A stretch of DNA of 24,000 bases from Infirmifilum uzonense. Lineage in GTDB: Archaea > Thermoproteota > Thermoprotei > Thermofilales > Thermofilaceae. The stretch lies in NCBI RefSeq assembly GCF_000993805.1, contig NZ_CP009961.1, forward strand, positions 528,714 through 552,713, given 5' to 3'. The notes beneath the pieces were generated by a model. The model was not told the origin of the DNA, did no database searches, and saw only the letters and a program-made list of their open reading frames with translations. Position 1 is the stretch's first letter. The number at the start of each line of letters is the position of its first letter. The position numbers were made by a program, and so were the translations under genes. Shown here one piece after another: positions 8,434 to 15,325 of the stretch.

Positions 8434-8810
8434 GCATGTTGAGTGTTATCTGAGATATCTGGTCGAAGCTATGGGCTTCACCCCTCGCATGCTATAGGAA
8501 AGGGAAGAGCCATAAATGCGGGCAAGAAAGGATCAATGTGCATCGTGGACTTCGATTCTGAGGACTCTATGAGGGACTACATAGGGGAATGCGCAGAGGA
8601 CAAAGAGCCGAGCGATTAAAACTGGGAATCAGGGTTTACAGATCTTGAGGAATTATAATAGCTCTTGTGGAGAATCTGGAGGATTTTATTCAGCACTATA
8701 TTGACTTGATGGGGTTGGATAACTATTCCTCTTCGCTCACTTCCTGCGGTTTCCTAGGCACAGAACAAAGGAAGAGGCTAAGGAAAGTCCCTACCTTATT
8801 AGCATTAGTC

Positions 8811-10580
8811 CTACGTAGAAATCATCTGATTTTCAAGCATAAAAAACTCGGGTATATATATGTATATCCTTTTCATGATTTTATTTATTTCACTTGCAAA
8901 CGGCATTGGCTCTCCAGCAATTTCATGCATAGCAGATCGTACTTTCCCGATTTTCTCAATAAGGGAGTTCATATGTGCCTGAATGTCTTCTGCATCTTGT
9001 AATAGCTTTTTAAGTTTTTCAAGAACACCTCCTTCCTCATATTCAGCTAGAGATTCAATTAATTTACCAAGATATGATATATGAGGCTGAGAAATCTCTG
9101 TCAAGACAGGAATTTCTCTTTCTATCACATTATTTAGGTTATTGAATAGAATATAACAGCGTTCTAAGAAGTATTTAAATTTTTCATCTAGTAATCTGTC
9201 GTCAACTCTAGTAGGAGGTGTCAGCAGGACTCCATGAGTTGCGAAGGAACTATTTCTAAGATAATTTATATTTATTTCAATTTTCCTCCCTTTAATGTAT
9301 TCAAGCTCGGTTATATTATAAAATTTACCTCTCTCTTCAGGTTTAATTTCCTCCTCCTTTACTTTTAATTTTTTATTACAAAAATTCTTTAGCTCATTAA
9401 GCTTTTTTAGATCATAAATTTTGAATAAAAGCTCATGGTAGTCCACTTTTTCACTTGGAGGAAGGATTGATAGGCCTAGGATCGAACAGTTTATAATGTC
9501 ATTTACTTGAGTTATCATATTAACAAAATTATAAAAGAACGAGAAAATGTCCAAGATATTTACTCTTATTAAATAGCAAAGCAGACCTACTGCAAAGTAG
9601 AGATATGATATTGCAATAATATTTGCATACATTATATTTGTTATATTATAATTTCTAGTAAAATGAATTGTCAGTTTCCCCTCAGGAGGGAGCATGCCAG
9701 TTTCTCCACTGAGTTTGTCATACCCCTTCAAAAGATCTTCTAACTTCTCAAACGAGACCTCTATCCCAGTTATCATACCGGCGTAGTGCTCATAAATATC
9801 ACAAATTAGGTCAAGCATCTTCTTTAATTTGAAGATTTTCTCATTAGGATCTATGTAATAAGCGAAATTCAACCGTGGGATCAAGAACTTCCTTATTAAG
9901 CTGTTTACTGTGTCCAATTGCCCATTTCTATATCCACAATAGGCATAAACTATTAATTGATTCATAACTAATGAGTTTATTATTCTATAAAAATGATCAA
10001 TGAATTTTCCTGTATCTGCATCAGCATTAAAGAAACGCAGTGCAATCTCCTGCGCAAGATTAACCAGCGATCTCACAACAGCGCCGTTGTCCGGAGGTCT
10101 CGGCACTAAATGCCTTATTTGATGTTCCGTATCTATACAGAAATATGAAATATTTGATAATAAGTGTTCCTTTGAAAGGTTTTCCTCCAGAATCCTCAGC
10201 TCATCCTCATTTTCTACTGTAATGGAAAGCTTATCGAGCAGGAATATACGGAAAGCAGATTCTAAGAGGAGGTTCTTCTTTGGAGATCTCTCTAGGAAGG
10301 ATTTAAACTCATAATCTACTAGGCCCAGGAAACTGGCAACATCCTCACTTGAGGGAGAAAGAAGTAGAACTCCTAGGGATCCTACCTCTCTTAAATTCTC
10401 CGTTGACATCTTCTCATTTTTTAGCTCCCCCTTCCCTTTATTGTTAAAGCTTAGTCTATACAATCCCCCCCGATCCATTAGAAAGAGCTTTCCATCTAGT
10501 CCCAGATCATTAAACTCATATTCACGCAGGCTTTTTCCTCTTGAAAAAAGGGGTGAGACCAGAAATAAGTCCGGGATCAA
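8811..10580 (-). CDS. Uncharacterised large protein with a central hydrophobic (TM-like) block; last gene of the type III operon
   Basis: The 589-aa ORF starts 2 nt after the stop of the upstream gene. The listed start is TTG, and the next in-frame ATG is at 10478. The hydrophobic block is IMYANIIAISYLYFAVGLLCYLIRVNILDIFSFFYNFV...CSILGLSIL. The C-terminal third is K/E-rich and helical. The middle and 3' parts are markedly AT-rich (about 25-37% GC in hand-counted lines) against about 45% in neighbouring cas genes. I recognise no family motif. Confidence 0.7.
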   Translation of the reverse strand: MIPDLFLVSPLFSRGKSLREYEFNDLGLDGKLFLMDRGGLYRLSFNNKGKGELKNEKMSTENLREVGSLGVLLLSPSSEDVASFLGLVDYEFKSFLERSPKKNLLLESAFRIFLLDKLSITVENEDELRILEENLSKEHLLSNISYFCIDTEHQIRHLVPRPPDNGAVVRSLVNLAQEIALRFFNADADTGKFIDHFYRIINSLVMNQLIVYAYCGYRNGQLDTVNSLIRKFLIPRLNFAYYIDPNEKIFKLKKMLDLICDIYEHYAGMITGIEVSFEKLEDLLKGYDKLSGETGMLPPEGKLTIHFTRNYNITNIMYANIIAISYLYFAVGLLCYLIRVNILDIFSFFYNFVNMITQVNDIINCSILGLSILPPSEKVDYHELLFKIYDLKKLNELKNFCNKKLKVKEEEIKPEERGKFYNITELEYIKGRKIEININYLRNSSFATHGVLLTPPTRVDDRLLDEKFKYFLERCYILFNNLNNVIEREIPVLTEISQPHISYLGKLIESLAEYEEGGVLEKLKKLLQDAEDIQAHMNSLIEKIGKVRSAMHEIAGEPMPFASEINKIMKRIYIYIPEFFMLENQMIST

Positions 10581-10582
10581 CT

Positions 10583-10969
10583 CTATCCCCTTATGAGATC
10601 AATCAAGTGATGCATCTCTTCCTTTTTCCTCAGCTGGAAGTAAAGACCGCATATCGATCTTAGATCCCTCATTTCTGTCAATATGTCAAGAATTCTAGAT
10701 GAGATCCTTCTTGCATCCCTCTCTGATAATGAGAATGGAAGTCTCTTACTGGAGAACTTCAGCGCAATTTCACTTATTATTCCTTCGATGAACACATCCC
10801 TGCTCTCGGCCGGATTGTACCCTCTCCTCAGGATGTATTCGTACCTTCTGACAAGCCTGAATCCCAGATCATACAAATCCCGCCAGCTTTTTATCTGCTC
10901 AAAAGCTCTCTCCATTTTTATAAAATTGATGAGATCCTCGCACCTAACCACCGCCGAACACCTCCTCAA
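10583..10969 (-). CDS. Uncharacterised small helical protein in the type III operon
   Basis: The ORF is 128 aa, or 111 aa from the ATG at 10915, which avoids the 26-nt overlap with the upstream cas7. It sits between the last RAMP gene and the 589-aa gene. No recognisable motif. Confidence 0.6.
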   Translation of the reverse strand: MRRCSAVVRCEDLINFIKMERAFEQIKSWRDLYDLGFRLVRRYEYILRRGYNPAESRDVFIEGIISEIALKFSSKRLPFSLSERDARRISSRILDILTEMRDLRSICGLYFQLRKKEEMHHLIDLIRG

Positions 10970-11744
10970 ATCTTCCTTTTAGCTCCTGTAGGACATTACT
11001 AGCTTGCCTCATGATCTCATTCGTGATGTCCCTCTCATTTCCGAGGGCATCCACAGATAACACTCCTATACTGAGGATTCTTACCTTTCCTAACCCTCTT
11101 GGTTTTCCGAATCCAAGAAGAAATACTTTAGAGCCATTAGGATTATACCCCATCGCTAGGATTAGTTTTGCTGTTTCTATTTCTAGCGGGTTCAGAACAA
11201 TGATATCCGCCTTCAAAGATGTCCCCTGAGGAATACATTCAAGGTAATACTGCTCTTTCTCTTCTCGAAACTCAATGTCATTTCTGTAAAGCTTTATTTT
11301 TCCTGATTCCCGTGCCTTAGGCTGCCAGCTTGGACCAATCCCTACTATTTGCGGTTCAACAGAGCCTTCTGGGAATGAGTCCGAGAATAGAGCTTTGGAC
11401 ATATAACCAGGGAAGCCAAAGAGGTTTGAAGTAGAGGATATATCTCCAGTAAGCGCCAGATAATAGTGAGAAATCGCTCCTTTCAGAGTGGATCCAGGAA
11501 TAATAAGTTTTCCTTCTGATCTAGCATTTAGCAACAGAGGAAGATCCTTGTGAAGCTGGATCTCCCCACTTCCAACATGAACTGGGGATTCTGTCTTCAG
11601 AGATACGTGTATTTTGTGAGCTCTACTAAGAGATGAGTGAGGAATGTAGTTTCTCGTCGATCTCCTCCTTAAACCATCCACCTTAATGAACTTGTAAGTT
11701 TTGGAGCTCATTTGCCCAGCCCCCTTATCAAGGGCTCCAAGCAT
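10944..11744 (-). CDS. cas7: Type III RAMP, Cas7 group (Csm5/Cmr6-like position)
   Basis: Motifs are VHVGSGE...LIIPGSTLKGAISHY, FGFPG and a glycine-rich C-terminal loop, LLGFGKPRGLGKV. The likely true start is the ATG at 11711, which overlaps the upstream stop as ATGA. Confidence 0.8.
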   Translation of the reverse strand: MLGALDKGAGQMSSKTYKFIKVDGLRRRSTRNYIPHSSLSRAHKIHVSLKTESPVHVGSGEIQLHKDLPLLLNARSEGKLIIPGSTLKGAISHYYLALTGDISSTSNLFGFPGYMSKALFSDSFPEGSVEPQIVGIGPSWQPKARESGKIKLYRNDIEFREEKEQYYLECIPQGTSLKADIIVLNPLEIETAKLILAMGYNPNGSKVFLLGFGKPRGLGKVRILSIGVLSVDALGNERDITNEIMRQASNVLQELKGRFEEVFGGG

Positions 11745-12529
11745 TTCTCAACATCCGACCACTTCAGCTTAGCCCTTAAAATAGGAGGCTTTGTTTCCAT
11801 ATCTCCGGTCAGTTCGCACTCGGAAATGGAATCTGAGATTGAGATCTTGTTCTCTGATTTCCTCAGGGAGATCCTTACTTTTTTCCCATAATTCGGGAGG
11901 GAGAACGAAAGGGAAAGACTGTCCATCTCGGACGGCCACACTATGTCAGCTGAGATATCTAACAGATTTATGGATACATGTCCATATCCCCTGCTCTTTG
12001 ATCTCCCCAATCTGGCCACTCCGATATCCGCCTGCTTGATCACAGGGGAGAGAAGGGAGAGGAACGACAGGGGGATATTCCTAAACGAAATATTAGATGA
12101 AAAGCTAACTCCGGGTTTCACGTATTCCTGAGTGAAGGGTCCGTGCTCAACCGCCATCGTTGTTGAATTTATCTTTATATGATCCCTCATCCCCACTGCA
12201 TCGTCCCTGTCGGTATAAGCATCACTGAAGATAAGCCTGGAGCCATAGGCTTCGACTCTAGTCGTCCCGAAGAGATCCTCTACCAGTTTAATGTAATCTT
12301 TTATATTAAGCGCTGATAGAGTTCTCTCAATGCCGGATCTGAAGAAGCCCTTCAAGGTCGATCCTGGTATAACCGGCCTTCCAATGGAATCTCTGAGGAG
12401 TGGTATATCCGGAGCAAGTGGATCCACTGGGCTCTTGCCAGCTCCTATTGTGAGAGGAGTTTTCGTTTTTATCTCACATTTTACACTTCCTGAGATAACA
12501 ATAGCCTCAAATCCGTGAACTTCCTGCAT
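11708..12529 (-). CDS. cas7: Type III RAMP backbone subunit, Cas7 (Csm3/Cmr4-like)
   Basis: Motifs are PLTIGAGKSPVDP...DIPLLRDSIGRPVIPGSTLKGFFRS, LFGT, SRLIFSDAY and RLGRSKSRGYGHV. Confidence 0.85.
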   Translation of the reverse strand: MQEVHGFEAIVISGSVKCEIKTKTPLTIGAGKSPVDPLAPDIPLLRDSIGRPVIPGSTLKGFFRSGIERTLSALNIKDYIKLVEDLFGTTRVEAYGSRLIFSDAYTDRDDAVGMRDHIKINSTTMAVEHGPFTQEYVKPGVSFSSNISFRNIPLSFLSLLSPVIKQADIGVARLGRSKSRGYGHVSINLLDISADIVWPSEMDSLSLSFSLPNYGKKVRISLRKSENKISISDSISECELTGDMETKPPILRAKLKWSDVEKCLEPLIRGLGK

Positions 12530-12534
12530 TCATA

Positions 12535-13350
12535 TCACCTCCTGGGAACTATATCCCCAAGATTTACCTCTCTAATGTTTCCATTAAGCAGATCGCTCAC
12601 ATCTGCTACTCTGATTTTCATCAGCTTTATCCTAGCTCTTCCATATCCCCTGCTTTTCCATCCTCCAATGAACTCCTCCAGACCTTTATTCAGCATTGTA
12701 AGCAGCAACATGAATGCATTATTGGCATCCGAGAATAGGGGATCGCCAAGCTCATCGTATATTATGGTAAATCTGTATTTTGTTGGATCTCCCGCACGCT
12801 CCTTTATTGCCTCCACTTTTGTAAGCATCTTTTTCTCAGCTGCATCTCTTTTCCTGTCCAGCGAAACATGAGTCCTCTTTAGAGTACCAACTAAGCTAAC
12901 TGGCTCAGCATCAGTGAATTTTATCAGCGATGAAAATGAGATGTTCCTTCCAGAATACCCGAACACCTTGTCTAGTACGCATAAATCCTCTAGCTTACTT
13001 GCATCCATCCTTTTCTCGGAGATGCTATCGATGCATGGTTTTAACTCCACCTTAATCCCATCGACCTCCACAGAAGAGCCTCCAGCTATCCTGTAAGCAA
13101 GGAGAAGACGGGAAAGATAGGACCTGAAGAAGCCCTTCAAGGTCGATCCTGGTATAACCGGCCTTCCAATGGAGTCCCTCAGAACTGGAAGGTCTATTGG
13201 AGACTCTGGATCTCTACCAGCACCCACTCTCAGCGGTTCAAGAAGCTCGATCTCACAATCTGCCCATATCCTTCTTTTTATTGTCAACAGACCTCTAGCT
13301 CCGCTCATTTTATCACCCCAATAGGTCACTGAGACCCTTTCTGTAGGCAT
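12535..13350 (-). CDS. cas7: Type III RAMP backbone subunit, Cas7 (Csm3/Cmr4-like), paralog of the previous gene
   Basis: Motifs are PLRVGAGRDPESPIDLPVLRDSIGRPVIPGSTLKGFFRS, VFGYSG, LIKFTDA and IGGWKSRGYGRA. The likely start is the ATG at 13308, 4 nt after the cas11 stop. Confidence 0.85.
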   Translation of the reverse strand: MPTERVSVTYWGDKMSGARGLLTIKRRIWADCEIELLEPLRVGAGRDPESPIDLPVLRDSIGRPVIPGSTLKGFFRSYLSRLLLAYRIAGGSSVEVDGIKVELKPCIDSISEKRMDASKLEDLCVLDKVFGYSGRNISFSSLIKFTDAEPVSLVGTLKRTHVSLDRKRDAAEKKMLTKVEAIKERAGDPTKYRFTIIYDELGDPLFSDANNAFMLLLTMLNKGLEEFIGGWKSRGYGRARIKLMKIRVADVSDLLNGNIREVNLGDIVPRR

Positions 13351-13711
13351 TAAATAGGTATATGCAGGATTTCAGAATGTACTGTGCCAATTTCAGTCTC
13401 TCTTTGCTGCTTTCGGCGCTATTCTTTATTTCCGTCAGGAGATTTTTAACGAAAATATACAGATCATCCCCTTGAGAGGCATTTCTGGCCAAATAAACTA
13501 TTCTCAGCCCAAACAGATCCCAGTTATCCTTCTCTGCGCAGTCTATTGCCACCTCAAGCATATTTCTGAGATTTGTCATAGTGATCTCCGACTCCTCTTC
13601 CTCCTCTTCTGAGGGTATATGCACCCTCCTGAAGAGACTCTTGGCTATTTCAACTGCCCTCTTTTGAAGGGCAGCATCATCCTCGGAGGAACTAATTCCG
13701 CCTGACATCAC
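13313..13711 (-). CDS. cas11: Type III small subunit, Cas11 (Csm2/Cmr5-like)
   Basis: This is a 132-aa all-helical protein in the canonical position between the cas5-like and cas7 genes. It carries a TMTNLRNML motif resembling the small-subunit T-x-x-Q/N-L-R segment. It overlaps the upstream gene in ATGA. Confidence 0.65.
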   Translation of the reverse strand: MMSGGISSSEDDAALQKRAVEIAKSLFRRVHIPSEEEEEESEITMTNLRNMLEVAIDCAEKDNWDLFGLRIVYLARNASQGDDLYIFVKNLLTEIKNSAESSKERLKLAQYILKSCIYLFNAYRKGLSDLLG

Positions 13712-14736
13712 ATCTCACCTCCCAAACTCAAAAGGGAATCAAAATGGAAGGGATTATCAAAAAAGACCATATCAAGACCATGAAATCTCCTCAAAGCACT
13801 TTGAGGGGGAGTTAGCTCTATCTGGATTATCCTCTCTGGATCCAGATTCCCCCTTGGATATACCAGAACGCTTCCTGGTCCCATCATTTTCTTATAAATG
13901 TAGAACTTACCGTTGAACCATGTTTTAAAATCAGATATTCTTATTTTTTCATATATTGGATTTCCTAGTTCGAGGAGCTTTTCACGAGAGGTGAAGGTCA
14001 TTATATCGACCGTGAGAAACTCATGCTCCGACTTCAATCCCTTCAACCTTCCTTTCCTGTACTCATCAAAGCTCATAGACTCATCCACTTTAACTCTTGT
14101 AAGTCCGAATCCCTTTTTTGTAAAAGCACCTATTCTAACCTCGATTTCCTTTTTCAACTCTTCATGAAGGGAGCTATCGAGAAAAGCCAGTGCATGGAAC
14201 TTGGATCCCGGTCTTATGACCTCCTGTGTGAACAGAAGACCGTATTTCTCACCCCTATCTTCTATAGAAGCGTGCGTCCTTCTTTCATAGCTTAGTGCAA
14301 CTTGAGTGATGATCTCCTTGCTTGGAGGCTCGAATCTTCCCTCTTGATTTATGAAAATTGTCCCGACTTTCTTGTTTAAACCCTTCATCTTATCCAGTAA
14401 GCTTGGCCCCTCCTTCATTGCCTTAGCGAAAAGAAGGGCCAAGGAAAGGTAAGTATCATCCTCTTTTCTTGACAATGTTGTGAGCGGAAGAGGAGGAGAT
14501 CCACATAGCTTAAATGGCCTATCGCTGGGGAATGCATGACTAATCCACATGTTAAGATCCTCTATTCTACCATTCACACCCCTCCTTCTGAAGAAATCAG
14601 ATGCTATTGCGCCGGAAAGAGTTGATGACGGGACATACGGAGGACTGGAATAATGAGCTCCCTTACTGTACTTATCTCTTATGATGAGAGGTTCTATCGC
14701 CTCAAGGCACAGCACATCCACCCAATCAAAACTCAC
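13708..14736 (-). CDS. cas5: Type III Cas5-group RAMP (Csx10/Csm4/Cmr3-like)
   Basis: The N-terminal motif is IEPLIIRD...PPYVPSSTLSGAIAS and the C-terminal glycine-rich loop is IGAFTKKGFGLTRV. It is the second gene after cas10, as in type III loci. Confidence 0.75.
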   Translation of the reverse strand: MSFDWVDVLCLEAIEPLIIRDKYSKGAHYSSPPYVPSSTLSGAIASDFFRRRGVNGRIEDLNMWISHAFPSDRPFKLCGSPPLPLTTLSRKEDDTYLSLALLFAKAMKEGPSLLDKMKGLNKKVGTIFINQEGRFEPPSKEIITQVALSYERRTHASIEDRGEKYGLLFTQEVIRPGSKFHALAFLDSSLHEELKKEIEVRIGAFTKKGFGLTRVKVDESMSFDEYRKGRLKGLKSEHEFLTVDIMTFTSREKLLELGNPIYEKIRISDFKTWFNGKFYIYKKMMGPGSVLVYPRGNLDPERIIQIELTPPQSALRRFHGLDMVFFDNPFHFDSLLSLGGEM

Positions 14737-15325
14737 TTATGCTCACCTCCTCAACACTTCCATAACCTAAACAAGTCCATCCACCAATCCCCCACCCCTT
14801 AAGAGCATTTAGAGCTTTTGTCAGAAGATCCACTTCTCTCTCATTGAGTTCTTCGTTAGATTTTATCAGAAAGGTAACCTTGAACCCAGATGATATCACC
14901 TGAGAGAAAAGAAGAGATCCTCTCTCGACAGTTCCTAGCTCTCTATCCAGCTTTGTTCTGGGCCTCAGCTCGATCAGCTTCTCAAGCTTGTCGCTGATAT
15001 CACAATTTATAATTTCAAAACTTAGCTTTCCCTCCTTAGAGACAGGCGAGGCCACCTCTCTACTTTCACCAAAGCACCTGTCAGCAACGTCAGTGCCGAA
15101 GAGATCCTCATAAGCTTGCCTGAGCTCAGGTTTGTTCTGCACTACTATGCACGCTATCTGCCTGAGGGCTCCTTTAAATTGGGCCGGGGATATCGGATAG
15201 GCAACTATTCTGTCTCCTACCTTCTTCTCATAGACCATTACCCTGTAATCCTCCTTTCTAATCTCACCGGATGGTTGAACTGTTCTTATTCCCCTTAATT
15301 TGACCTCAACTCTCAGATTTCTCAT
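14726..15325 (-). CDS. cas7: Small type III RAMP, Cas7 group
   Basis: Motifs are ISPAQFKGALRQ, LFGT and the glycine-rich loop LKGWGIGGWTCLGYG. The start abuts the cas10 stop (15325/15326). Confidence 0.7.
   Translation of the reverse strand: MRNLRVEVKLRGIRTVQPSGEIRKEDYRVMVYEKKVGDRIVAYPISPAQFKGALRQIACIVVQNKPELRQAYEDLFGTDVADRCFGESREVASPVSKEGKLSFEIINCDISDKLEKLIELRPRTKLDRELGTVERGSLLFSQVISSGFKVTFLIKSNEELNEREVDLLTKALNALKGWGIGGWTCLGYGSVEEVSISEF

Noticed and set aside
8667-9002. A 111-aa + strand ORF overlapping the 3' end of the 589-aa gene
   Set aside because: It overlaps the better-supported minus-strand gene. It has an odd composition, no motifs and no upstream promoter-like element.
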